NCBI GenBank assembly: GCA_016840085.1
Contig: JAEOTA010000012.1
Coordinates: 1-64,000 of the forward strand
From: Promethearchaeota archaeon
GTDB taxonomy: Archaea > Asgardarchaeota > Lokiarchaeia > Sigyniarchaeales > SOKP01
Reading direction: 5' to 3'
DNA length: 64,000 bases
Shown here: piece by piece, positions 1 to 11,114 of the stretch
How positions within the stretch are numbered: the stretch's first letter is position 1
How the letters are laid out: each line of letters opens with the position of its first letter
Position numbers and translations under genes: made by a program
Notes under the pieces: generated by a model
What the model was told of the DNA's origin: nothing
Databases searched by the model: none
What the model saw: the letters and a program-made list of their open reading frames with translations, nothing else

Positions 1-643
1 AAAAGTTTTCTCGTTGTGTATCATAACCTTCAAGAGATTCTGAACAAGCAAAAAAAGCAAAATGATTTCTTCTCTCACGATATTCTGTTTTATGATAAAT
101 AACTCCATCTTCAATCTCAATTTCACCGATATTAAAATTTCTTTGAAAATTTGTAAAATCATCAATAGCATTCCATAAACAAAACTCAATACAAGAAAAA
201 ATTGAAAGATCAACAGAATTTTTACTATTGTTTTTTAATGTAAGTTGCCAAATCTCTAGATTATCTCCTAAAGGAACAAAATAGCAGATTTTAGCCTCAA
301 TATTTTTATAAATAGAACTAATTATACTATATCCTAATCCATGACGGCAAGTATATTGATCTAATTTTCGACGAGTAGGCTGCCAAGTTGGAGACCAAAA
401 TTCTGATGATTGATTGTCTCTAAGATATAGATATCGGCCCCCAAAATCAATAGGAACATTATTATGATGATATCGTGTTATACGGCGTAATCGTGCATCT
501 TTGTAAAAAGAATATCCGCCAGCAGTGTTGGAGATGATGCCAAAATATAACTCACACCCTAAGTAGTTAATCCATGGAAGAGGAGTATCTGGTCTTGTAA
601 TAACATACTCCTTGTTTTCATCATCAAAATATCCATATTTCAA
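1..643 (-). CDS. cbpA: GH94 cellobiose phosphorylase, 5' part (runs off the window edge; not in ORF track)
   Basis: Hand translation from TTG at 643 (GGTGA 5 nt upstream): MKYGYFDDENKEYVITRPDTPLPWINYLG...FYKDARLRRITRY...FCLWNAIDDFTNFQRN...IYHKTEYRERRNH, typical of cellobiose phosphorylases. Confidence 0.9.
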   Translation of the reverse strand, partial: MKYGYFDDENKEYVITRPDTPLPWINYLGCELYFGIISNTAGGYSFYKDARLRRITRYHHNNVPIDFGGRYLYLRDNQSSEFWSPTWQPTRRKLDQYTCRHGLGYSIISSIYKNIEAKICYFVPLGDNLEIWQLTLKNNSKNSVDLSIFSCIEFCLWNAIDDFTNFQRNFNIGEIEIEDGVIYHKTEYRERRNHFAFFACSESLEGYDTQRENF

Positions 644-750
644 AAAATTCACCTAAATAAATCATATCTTAGAAAAAATGAGAGTGTTTTATTGTTTCAA
701 TTTTTCTCTTTTAATAGAATTTTAAATTTACATTTGGGTCTTCGTTATCT

Positions 751-1551
751 TTAGTCGAATTCCCATTTACGATAAATACTTGGACAACACCCTAATAGAT
801 TTTGAGTGTATGGATGACAAGGATTGAGAAAAACGTCATCCGTTTGACCTTCCTCTACGATACTCCCCTCTTTCATAATTAATACCCGATCTGACATGTA
901 TTGCGCTTGTCCTATATCATGTGTAATAAATATTATTGATATACCTTCTACATAAGTTGTTCCTTCTTTTAATTCTTTGAAAAGGTTTAAAATATCTGCC
1001 CGGGAGCTCGAATCAATCATACTTGTTGGTTCGTCTGCGATTATTAATTTAGGTTTGAATAGTAACGCTCTTGCAATTAAAACACGCTGTAATTGACCTC
1101 CCGAAATTTGGTGTGGAAACCTTCCTAAAATGTCGTCTGTATTAAGCCCTACAATACTTAACGCAGAATCAAGAGCTTTTCTTTTATTGGTAATACCCTT
1201 TAGACTATATTTAAACACTTGATTTAACATATGATCAATTCTATAAAAATAATTAAAAGAACTATAAGGGTCTTGAAAGATCCCTTGAACATTTTTATAA
1301 TAATCTTTCGTTGGGATATCATGGATTTCTTTCCCTTCATAAAATATTTCTCCTTCAGTTGGTTGAATAAATCTTAAAATTAAATTAGCAATGGTTGTTT
1401 TTCCACTTCCACTTTCACCAACAAGAGAAAGAATCTCTCCAGAATATAACTTAAATGAAGCATTTTTAACACCTATTGTCTCTTTGGTTCTTATAAGACC
1501 AGATGTATATTTTTTTGTAAGATTTTGAATTTTTAGTATTTCCTTCATCAT
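751..1551 (-). CDS. ABC transporter ATP-binding subunit, OppF/DppF type
   Basis: Walker A GESGSGKT, signature ISGGQLQR, Walker B IIADEPT, HPYT motif. Confidence 0.92.
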   Translation of the reverse strand: MMKEILKIQNLTKKYTSGLIRTKETIGVKNASFKLYSGEILSLVGESGSGKTTIANLILRFIQPTEGEIFYEGKEIHDIPTKDYYKNVQGIFQDPYSSFNYFYRIDHMLNQVFKYSLKGITNKRKALDSALSIVGLNTDDILGRFPHQISGGQLQRVLIARALLFKPKLIIADEPTSMIDSSSRADILNLFKELKEGTTYVEGISIIFITHDIGQAQYMSDRVLIMKEGSIVEEGQTDDVFLNPCHPYTQNLLGCCPSIYRKWEFD

Positions 1552-1553
1552 TA

Positions 1554-2555
1554 TTAATCACCAACCTCCTCATATAACCAGCATGCTACTGGATTACTAT
1601 TTGTTCTTGGAATGAAAAAGGGGGGATAATTTTCCTTGCATTTTTCTAATCTACTTGAACAGCGTGGATAAAATCTACAACCTTTAGGAGGATTCTTTAA
1701 ATCTGGAGGGATTCCTGGAATTCCCTCTAATTTTGTCTCAGCAGATCCATCAGGATTAAAACATGCTATTGAACACATCAACATTTTAGTATATGGATGT
1801 TGAGGATTATTAATGATATCATCCATACTTGCTTTTTCAACAATTCTTCCCGCATACATTATCATACATGTATTGCATATTTGTGCTAAGACGGGAATAT
1901 CATGAGATATAAATAATATCGTCTCAACAATTCCTATTTTCTTTAGATGTATAAATGTTTCTACTAAAAGTTGTTGAGTAGTAACATCTAATGCACTTGT
2001 CGGTTCGTCTACAATTAAGATAAGTGGATTCCATAGAGTAGATATGCCTACAATGACACGTTGTTTCATTCCTCCACTAAGTTCATGTGGAAATTTATCC
2101 ATAACTGATTTTTCTAAACCTAATTTTTTAAAGTGTTCGGCTACTTGGTTTAAAACTTTTTCTTTATTTTTAGGTTTTATTCCTACGCGTTCCCTCATTG
2201 CATCTAATATAAAATTTCTAATCTTTCTAACTGGATTTAATGAATTCTGGGAAGCTTGAGGTACATATCCCATCACTTTACAGAGAATTTCTTTTCTTAT
2301 AACCTCTTCATCTACTTCATACATTGAAAGATCATTAATATAAACTTGTCCTCCCTCATGTTGCAATAACTGTATCGGTCTTCCTGTTATTAATTCTGCT
2401 AAAGACGTTTTTCCACATCCAGATTCTCCTGCTATTCCCATAATATCCCCCTTATTAACAGATAATGATACTCCATCAACAGCATGAACAATTCCAAACG
2501 TCCCTCTATAATAGCCCTTAAGATCTTCTATTTTAATTACTACTTCTTCTGTCAT
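1554..2555 (-). CDS. ABC transporter ATP-binding subunit, OppD/DppD type (start moved to MTEEVV)
   Basis: GESGCGKT, LSGGMKQR, DEPTSALD, C-terminal GCRFYPRC...VACW; the upstream ATG at 2603 overlaps the previous gene. Confidence 0.92.
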   Translation of the reverse strand: MTEEVVIKIEDLKGYYRGTFGIVHAVDGVSLSVNKGDIMGIAGESGCGKTSLAELITGRPIQLLQHEGGQVYINDLSMYEVDEEVIRKEILCKVMGYVPQASQNSLNPVRKIRNFILDAMRERVGIKPKNKEKVLNQVAEHFKKLGLEKSVMDKFPHELSGGMKQRVIVGISTLWNPLILIVDEPTSALDVTTQQLLVETFIHLKKIGIVETILFISHDIPVLAQICNTCMIMYAGRIVEKASMDDIINNPQHPYTKMLMCSIACFNPDGSAETKLEGIPGIPPDLKNPPKGCRFYPRCSSRLEKCKENYPPFFIPRTNSNPVACWLYEEVGD

Positions 2556-2583
2556 ATTTAATTTTCTTCCTTTTTTTAATATT

Positions 2584-3510
2584 TTATACTTTTCTTTGTT
2601 CAAAGGTCCGACTTAAACTTGAGTGCATTATAAAGAATGATAAATATATTAATATCAAGCAAATTCCCGGAGTTAACCACATCGCATAAAGTCTTCTAGG
2701 ATATATAAAACCCCATTCTACTGCGTGATTCAATAATAAACCTAATGTTAACCAATTTTGTTGTCCCAATCCAATCATTGCTATTGCTGCTTCAGTTATA
2801 ATAGCATTACCTAAAAATATAATAAAAGCCAAAAATACATAGGGTAGTACATTAGGTAAAACTTCTCCAAAAGCTATTTTCGTATCTTTTAAGCCGGACA
2901 TTCTTGCAACTTTTATATAATTTCTTTCTTTTAATGTCAAAACTTGAGATCTAATAGAACGTGCAGCCCAAGGCCAGGTGAATAATGCAATAACTAACAT
3001 CGTTACCCACCATTCACGAATTTGTAAAATGGCCGACATTAATAAGATAAAAGGTATCTGGGGAAATATTAAAGCGATATTCGTAATAAAGGAAGCAGTA
3101 CCATCTACTTTTCCTCCTTTAAAGGGTCCAATTATGCCTACAAATACAGCTATTCCAATGCAAATACCACCAGTGATAAAACCAAATAATAAAGAATTTT
3201 TAATAGCATGCAATAGACGAGTTAAGTAATCCCTTCCATGTTGATCAGTCCCTAAAGGATGTTTTGATGTTGGATCACGAAAATTATCTCTTTCACCGCT
3301 TACCCAATAAACTTTATCAGGATCATTAAAAGGAGGGACCAATGTTAAAATTACAATTATGAGTATTATAATAAAAATAACGAACATCAAAATAAATTGA
3401 ACTTTATATCGATCCATAGCAGCATGATATTTCTCTTTTATGATCTCCTTTATACCTATTTTTTCTAGTTCTTCTTGGTTTTTTGATTCTATTTGTATTT
3501 TTTCCGTCAT
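2584..3510 (-). CDS. ABC transporter permease, OppC/DppC type
   Basis: HPLGTDQHGRD motif, multiple TM helices, EAA-like loop. Confidence 0.9.
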   Translation of the reverse strand: MTEKIQIESKNQEELEKIGIKEIIKEKYHAAMDRYKVQFILMFVIFIIILIIVILTLVPPFNDPDKVYWVSGERDNFRDPTSKHPLGTDQHGRDYLTRLLHAIKNSLLFGFITGGICIGIAVFVGIIGPFKGGKVDGTASFITNIALIFPQIPFILLMSAILQIREWWVTMLVIALFTWPWAARSIRSQVLTLKERNYIKVARMSGLKDTKIAFGEVLPNVLPYVFLAFIIFLGNAIITEAAIAMIGLGQQNWLTLGLLLNHAVEWGFIYPRRLYAMWLTPGICLILIYLSFFIMHSSLSRTFEQRKV

Positions 3511-3512
3511 AT

Positions 3513-4613
3513 TTATGCCTCTCCTTTTCCTCCAACTCGTATTCTTGGATCAAGAGCTACATAACACATATCTATTAAATAATTTCCTAAAACTACTACT
3601 ATAATAGTTATTATAAAAGTTCCAATAATCAAATTATAATCATGATTGTTAAAAGCTTGAAGCATTGTAAAACCTAAACCAGGAAATCTAAAGATTACTT
3701 CTGTAATCAGTGTTGCTCCAATTAGTCCATTAAATCGTAAATTTAATCCAGTAAATTGTGGCAACATACTATTACGATATGCATATTTACGTAATGTATT
3801 ATCCCTAAATCCTAATTTTCTTCCATATGATATGTAATCTTCAGCTTTTTCAAAAGTCATAAGTGAATATGCTCCAGTAGCCCATCCTCCAATATTTGTC
3901 ATGAGTAAAACTAAAAAAGGTAACCAAAAATGATTAAATATCGTAGATATTACATCCCATTCCCATGCCCAAGGGGGTACAGATTCTCCATAAGGGAACC
4001 AGTCTAATTCAACAACAAACAAATCCACAAATACATAGCCCATCCAGAAAAATGGTGCTGTTTGTAATACTATAAAGACATAATAAGAGATTTTATCTCT
4101 TTTTTTTCCAGAATACCCCGCACGGGCTCCAATCCAATTTCCAGAGTAAAAAGTAATTATTAAAACTGGAATAACTAACATTAAAGTAAAGGGAAGTGTT
4201 CTTTCAACTATATTTATTACCGGTTCGAGCCTATATAAAGTAGAATATCCTAAATCAAATTCAAAAAAGAAACTTTTTAAGAAATTAACATATTGAACAT
4301 GCAAAGGATAATTTAATCCTAAATACTCTTCCAACTCCTTTATCTTTTCATCCCATACATGCTGAGGGGTTCCTTGTGGTCTTTGATAAATATATTCTAA
4401 AATATTCCCCTCTACCAGTCTGGGTATCAGAAAAGCCAATGTGAGTGCGAAGAAAAATACAACAAAATAGAAAATTCCTTTTTTTATAGCCATATGTAGA
4501 AAGGAATTTGAAATGAATTTTTTAAAAGTACTTTGTTTTTCGCGTGATTCAGAAAAAGAATCTTGTTCTTCATTTTCTTTTTTCTCTGTTATTCCCATTT
4601 CTGTTAGCTTCAT
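3513..4613 (-). CDS. ABC transporter permease, OppB/DppB type
   Basis: LGLNYPLHVQY, DLGYS, TEVIFRFPGLG, LDPRIR motifs. Confidence 0.9.
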   Translation of the reverse strand: MKLTEMGITEKKENEEQDSFSESREKQSTFKKFISNSFLHMAIKKGIFYFVVFFFALTLAFLIPRLVEGNILEYIYQRPQGTPQHVWDEKIKELEEYLGLNYPLHVQYVNFLKSFFFEFDLGYSTLYRLEPVINIVERTLPFTLMLVIPVLIITFYSGNWIGARAGYSGKKRDKISYYVFIVLQTAPFFWMGYVFVDLFVVELDWFPYGESVPPWAWEWDVISTIFNHFWLPFLVLLMTNIGGWATGAYSLMTFEKAEDYISYGRKLGFRDNTLRKYAYRNSMLPQFTGLNLRFNGLIGATLITEVIFRFPGLGFTMLQAFNNHDYNLIIGTFIITIIVVVLGNYLIDMCYVALDPRIRVGGKGEA

Positions 4614-4736
4614 TATAGTATCATATAGAAAGAAGATTGTTTATATTTTAAAGTTACTCGAATGATTTAAATATTTAATCGTCATAATAAAAGAAAAAAA
4701 AAAGTTATTTATTTTTTAAATTATATGCTTATATAT

Positions 4737-6728
4737 CTATTCCCTCTTTCTTTTTAATCTTACACCTGTTAGTAATATAATAGAAATGAACCCAATCAAT
4801 ACAAATAATTCTAAACCAAACCATGGAATCGCTTCTGATGGTTTTCTGCCTGTGTTTACTAAGTTCAGCATTAATCTTGTTTTCATGACGAATTGATCAT
4901 CTGTCCAAGAGGTAATTATCTGTTGGAAGTCATTATCTTCAGTAGCCCAGCCTGTCCATTGATATTCAGAAACAGCATACCAATATCCATTAACAAAACC
5001 AGGAATTTCTGGAACTTCTTGAGCTATAATTTCTTGCATTCTGTCCAAATGATCTGCATATTCTGTTTCTGGTGCAGCATCTAATAAATTCCATAAGTCA
5101 TTAAATTCATCGTTAACCCAGCTGCTTTGGTTTTTATTCCATAAGTGTTCTCCTCTCAGATAATCAAGAAATCTTGCAGGAGGATCTGCTAACCGATTTC
5201 CAACACAACCCATGGCAAACTCAAATTCTTGATTAGCTATTGAATCTTGATAAACAGTTCCATATTCAACTTCCGAAACTGTTATTTCGATACCTAAATT
5301 ATTTGTTATATCTTCAGTTACATAGGTTGTAAATGCAGTAGCATCAGTCCAACCTGTAGGAGTAATTGCCGTGTAAGGTCCAACAGCAGTTCCATTATAT
5401 GTCCATCCGTCAGTTGCATTACCATCCATAAGAGGAATGCCTTCTAATATTTCTATTGCTTTAGAAACATTTAAATATTTTCTATAGTCTTCAGTAATAG
5501 ATGCATTATAATAGGGCTCATGTAATACACTATTATCATCGAGCCATCCAGGTTTAGCTTGTGTCCAATATCCCGAAGCGGCATCACCTGGAATAGGGTC
5601 ATAATTAATAGCAAATGCTAAGGCTTGTCTGAATTCTGCTATACCTAAAGGTGAATCTGCAAGAAGATGATTAGGAACAAGATTCATAAGAGCACTTGCT
5701 GCTAATTGGTAAGGAGCGTCATGACCATACCAAGTAGTAACATATGATTGGGGGCTACCTTCCTCAGCGTTTTCCCAAACTTCCCAGATGTTAGCATAAT
5801 AACCGCCAAATAAATCTATTGTTCCTTCAATAAAGGCAAGATCTTGTGCGGGATTATCCCAAAATGCGTTAGATGATAAATATTTAGGAATACCACCTTT
5901 TTTGCCAGCATTATCTCTTTGGTCTGCTGCATAATTTGGGAGATCTGTGTAAAGAATATCATGGCCCCACCAATCTTCTCCTCTATACTGATACGCACAA
6001 GTTGTTTCTGCTGCATTTCGATAGACAGGAGCATAAGGACCAGAAATTACTTTCCATTCGTCAGGTGTATCTTCTTCATCAAACCAATCATATTGAAAGG
6101 CTGCGGTTGAGAAATCACCATCATCACTTTCTTCAGCTACAATTTCAGTCCATATATGTTCAGGTACAATTGGAATATTACCTTTCATCCAAACTTCGAC
6201 TTGTCGACTAAATTCAAAACCAGGTTTCATATCAAATCGAACTGTATCAGCATCTACTACAACAAAGTCATCAAATCTTAATGCAAAATCAGTTTCATAT
6301 CTAGCTTGTTTTCCAGCAAGTTCAAAACTATATGCTACATCAGAAGCATTAAGAGGTTGACCATCAGACCATTCAGCATTAGTATTTAGCTCAATAGTAA
6401 CAGAGGAACCATTCGTATTCCAGTCATAGGAAGTACCTATACATGGAATATCTTCTTCACCTAAAGTATTTCTCCCAAATAAGGCTTCATACACTCCTGC
6501 ATCTGTACCTGGGTGTAAACCAGTACTCCATGGTATAAAATTACCTGCACCATTATAACTTCCTGCCATCCACACAGTTTCATGACGAGGTGGGTCTTTA
6601 CTTAGCTGATTGGGAATACCGGAGATTGCTGAGGTAGAAAGCTCATCGGCTACGGTTAAAGGGGTCATTGCTATCGCTACAAATAATAATAAACCTATAA
6701 CGATTGGAAATTTTTTTCCAATTTTCAT
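4737..6728 (-). CDS. Family-5 ABC solute-binding protein (probably oligosaccharide), C-terminally membrane anchored
   Basis: Signal peptide, WSDGQPLNASDVAYSF motif, acidic composition, C-terminal AIPWFG + TM helix + KRKRE tail (Loki-CTERM-like); glycosidase context. Confidence 0.85.
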   Translation of the reverse strand: MKIGKKFPIVIGLLLFVAIAMTPLTVADELSTSAISGIPNQLSKDPPRHETVWMAGSYNGAGNFIPWSTGLHPGTDAGVYEALFGRNTLGEEDIPCIGTSYDWNTNGSSVTIELNTNAEWSDGQPLNASDVAYSFELAGKQARYETDFALRFDDFVVVDADTVRFDMKPGFEFSRQVEVWMKGNIPIVPEHIWTEIVAEESDDGDFSTAAFQYDWFDEEDTPDEWKVISGPYAPVYRNAAETTCAYQYRGEDWWGHDILYTDLPNYAADQRDNAGKKGGIPKYLSSNAFWDNPAQDLAFIEGTIDLFGGYYANIWEVWENAEEGSPQSYVTTWYGHDAPYQLAASALMNLVPNHLLADSPLGIAEFRQALAFAINYDPIPGDAASGYWTQAKPGWLDDNSVLHEPYYNASITEDYRKYLNVSKAIEILEGIPLMDGNATDGWTYNGTAVGPYTAITPTGWTDATAFTTYVTEDITNNLGIEITVSEVEYGTVYQDSIANQEFEFAMGCVGNRLADPPARFLDYLRGEHLWNKNQSSWVNDEFNDLWNLLDAAPETEYADHLDRMQEIIAQEVPEIPGFVNGYWYAVSEYQWTGWATEDNDFQQIITSWTDDQFVMKTRLMLNLVNTGRKPSEAIPWFGLELFVLIGFISIILLTGVRLKRKRE

Positions 6729-6832
6729 TTTTTTTTTCCCAATATTTTTTTTTTTTTATTAAATTAGAATATTCTTTTTTTTTGAAAAAATATGTTTTTT
6801 AAACACTTCATTTTTTCATTTTTTTTTTAGAG

Positions 6833-6854
6833 ATATACTAAAAATATAGTATAT
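6833..6854. promoter_or_regulatory. Candidate operator palindrome ATATACTA-N6-TAGTATAT in the divergent promoter region
   Basis: Perfect 8-bp inverted repeat between the ABC operon and its divergent regulator; related ACTATA-N7-TATAGT at 6902-6920. Confidence 0.35.
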
Positions 6855-7079
6855 TGATTCTATATTTTTCTTTTTTTTTATATAAACTTTTCGGTTTCGT
6901 CACTATAAAATAGATATAGTAATACTAATGTAATAAGGCTGAAGATGTCATTTTATAGGAAATTAATAAAAATAAATTTAAATCTTTAAATATTATCATT
7001 AATGTAAAAAATACTATATTTATAGATTAATTTATATTTTTATTAGATTAAATATTTATTAAAAAGTAGAGGAATAATA

Positions 7080-8477
7080 ATGGAACGAGGATTAACAGAG
7101 GAGGATGCCTCAAAAATAATTTTAGAATCCTATAAAGATATCACAATGGTTTTAAAGGCTACTGGATCTTCAAAACGCCTTGTAATATTGGCATATCTCT
7201 TAAAAGGACCTAAAAGTTTTTCATTTATGTTAGATCGCCTAAAAGTCAAGCGTACTACGATTAATCATCATCTTGATCTACTCTTAAAATCAAAATTAAT
7301 CGAAAAAGAAGAATGGGGAAGATATCAGATAACCGAAGCTGGTATAGAGTTTGTTGTAAGTATAATTAAAGCATATAACATTATTAGTGATAATACTCAA
7401 AATGAACAAGAAAGAATATTGAATGCATGGCCTGAATGGCCAGAATTTTTAAAAGAACCTAGAATAATTAACGAAAATAAGATTAGTATTCCAGCTCTGT
7501 ACGAGGGGGGTTGGAATTCCTACATATCCGCAATCACGGGAGTTCTAAATTTTTTGGGAGATCAACACGATTATGTTTACATAAGCGGTATTACAGGTTA
7601 TTGCTTTCTTGTAAGCATACCTGGAATAATTAGAACATCCCTGATTAAGGAGAACAATTCCGCTGATGTATGGCAAGAAATCCACAGAGGTACTGAATCA
7701 TTTGGTTGGCAATTAAAAAATTGGGAACAAAGGAGAAATAGCCCAGGGAAATGGAATTTAATAGGGGAAGATGTTGAATTAGCATTAAAAGTATTCAATC
7801 AAGTTAAAGAAGTTATTGATAATGATACACCAGTGATATTATTTGGTATTCACGGTGCAGGTTTCGGGATAATTAATGGTTATAGAAATGATAGTTATCT
7901 TGTAAGCAGTTATTATCGAAAGGAAGGGCGGAATGAAGTCCCCATTCGATTTGATCAACTTAGAATACTTGAGAAGTTTATATATTACTATTTCGGAAGA
8001 AAAAAGGAAAAAGAAGAAACAGAAGTTATAGAAAAAAAAGCTTTGGTTCGAGCTTTAAAATTTGCTGAAGGAACAACATATTCTAATGGAGGATACTATG
8101 TGGGTCCTCAAGCATATGATTTCTGGATATATATGTTAGAAAAAGGAAAAGAAGAAAATATAGATAAATTTGGAAATAGCGTTTTGGGAATTTATTATTT
8201 TGATGCAAAAGATGTAACCTCTGAGTATCTAAATCGGTTAGCTCGCAAATATAAAAACACACCTCAGGGATTCAATTTAAGAGAAGCAAGTAAAAATTAT
8301 AGAGATGCTAAAATGCATTTAGAAAAGTTTACTGTCCTCTTTCCATACTTCGAACCAGAGAATAGCAGTCTTACACTAGATAAAAGGAAGAAAGGTGCAG
8401 AAATTCTTAGAAAGGTCAAGATAAATGAAATAGAAGCAATCAACAATTTAGAAAAATCGATAGAAAAATGGACATAA
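7080..8477 (+). CDS. ArsR-family winged-helix regulator with large C-terminal domain
   Basis: N-terminal LKATGSSKRLVILAYL...TINHHLDLLLKSKLIEK...YQITEAG; divergent from the ABC operon. Confidence 0.75.
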   Translation: MERGLTEEDASKIILESYKDITMVLKATGSSKRLVILAYLLKGPKSFSFMLDRLKVKRTTINHHLDLLLKSKLIEKEEWGRYQITEAGIEFVVSIIKAYNIISDNTQNEQERILNAWPEWPEFLKEPRIINENKISIPALYEGGWNSYISAITGVLNFLGDQHDYVYISGITGYCFLVSIPGIIRTSLIKENNSADVWQEIHRGTESFGWQLKNWEQRRNSPGKWNLIGEDVELALKVFNQVKEVIDNDTPVILFGIHGAGFGIINGYRNDSYLVSSYYRKEGRNEVPIRFDQLRILEKFIYYYFGRKKEKEETEVIEKKALVRALKFAEGTTYSNGGYYVGPQAYDFWIYMLEKGKEENIDKFGNSVLGIYYFDAKDVTSEYLNRLARKYKNTPQGFNLREASKNYRDAKMHLEKFTVLFPYFEPENSSLTLDKRKKGAEILRKVKINEIEAINNLEKSIEKWT

Positions 8478-8540
8478 TTATTTTTGTTATGTTTATAGAT
8501 TAAAATAAAAAAAGGCTCTTTAAATTTAGATAATTTGAAA

Positions 8541-9575
<1,035 letters not shown>

Positions 9576-9657
9576 ACATCAGAAAGACAATTTATTTTAA
9601 ATAGTTCATTATAATACTTACCAAGTTAAATCATAATTTTTTATTGAAATTCTACGA

Positions 9658-10650
9658 CTAAATTGTATTGCCTTTAATAAATTCAATTAATTCATCCACT
9701 TTTGCGTAGGCTAAACAAGTAACAGTATCTGCAGCACCATAATAGATAGTAATCCGTCCTGTTTCGGAATCTGTTAGCGCTGAACAAGGAAAAAATACAT
9801 TTGGAACATCTCCAACACATTCATATAGTTTTTGAGGAGACATCAAATAAGGTTTTGTTCTATACAAAATCTTCCAAGGTTTTTCAAGATCTAATATAGC
9901 AGCTCCCATGCTGTAAACAAAACCATTACAAGATGTTAAAACTCCATGATATATCAATAACCATCCAATATTAGTTTCTATAGGGATTGGACCCGCTCCA
10001 ACTTTTGTAGATTGCCAAGTGAAAGGGATAGGCGTCATAACATGACGATGACAACCCCAATGAATCATATCAGGACTTTCACTATAAAATATATCCCCAA
10101 AGGGAGTGTGACCATTATCGCTTGGACGATTTAACATTGCATATTTACCATTAATTTTCCGTGGAAAAAGAACTCCATTTCTATTGAATGGTAAATAAGC
10201 ATTTTCCAACTGATAAAATTTCTCAAATTCTTCCGTATATGCTACACCAATCGTAGGTTGGTGATTATAACCATTACACCAAGTAATATAGTATTTTTCA
10301 TCTAATTTTACAAGTCGGGGGTCATACCCATATTCAAAATTAGCAATCTCAGGATCATCACAAATAAATTTGATTGAATTTTCATCTATTTTCCATGAAA
10401 ATCCGTCATCACTGAATCCTCTATGCAATTTCATTTCTCTACTTTTATGATCTACTCTAAAAACTCCTGCAAATTTATTCTTGTAAGGTATTGCTGCACT
10501 ATTAAAAATACTATTTGATTTTGGAATTAAATCACGGGGAATAATTGGATTTTTTGCGGATCTCCATACAACATTTTCACTATCTGGTGGACGATCTTCC
10601 CATGGAATATTAGAAAGAGATTCTCCTATAATTTTAACTTTATCGTTCAT
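9658..10650 (-). CDS. GH130 beta-mannoside phosphorylase
   Basis: SIFNSAA, YDPR, LPFNRNGVLFPRK, RPSDNGHTPFG, YECVGDVPNVFFP, YYGAAD. Confidence 0.92.
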   Translation of the reverse strand: MNDKVKIIGESLSNIPWEDRPPDSENVVWRSAKNPIIPRDLIPKSNSIFNSAAIPYKNKFAGVFRVDHKSREMKLHRGFSDDGFSWKIDENSIKFICDDPEIANFEYGYDPRLVKLDEKYYITWCNGYNHQPTIGVAYTEEFEKFYQLENAYLPFNRNGVLFPRKINGKYAMLNRPSDNGHTPFGDIFYSESPDMIHWGCHRHVMTPIPFTWQSTKVGAGPIPIETNIGWLLIYHGVLTSCNGFVYSMGAAILDLEKPWKILYRTKPYLMSPQKLYECVGDVPNVFFPCSALTDSETGRITIYYGAADTVTCLAYAKVDELIEFIKGNTI

Positions 10651-11114
10651 TAATTTTTATTCCTCTACAATATAGTCTTCTTTTTTCATAAAATGTATTT
10701 AACATATGTTTGTAACAATGCTTATTGGTTAAAATTAACTTTTTAAATCTGATCAAAGCCAGAGACACGTATTTTTTAGTTTATATATTACATCATAATT
10801 TTTATTATTATGTTACAAATTTAGGTATAATTAATTAAAAAGACTTTTTTGACTTTTTTTCTTATTTAACCTTTCATTTTACAAGTAATTGAATAGATTA
10901 AATTGAACATAATATATCCTTTATGTAAATGCTGTATTCTTTTATTCTCTTGCAACTTTACTATTAATTTAGTAAGTAAAGTTATATAATTTTATAATAA
11001 TACGACACTATCTCTAAATGAAATAATAAGAAAAGGAGATTATCAGCCTATAATAGATGCTTTCTGTCATAAATATTGGTATCTTTCTTATCTTATATCA
11101 TTTTCGAGTTTACT

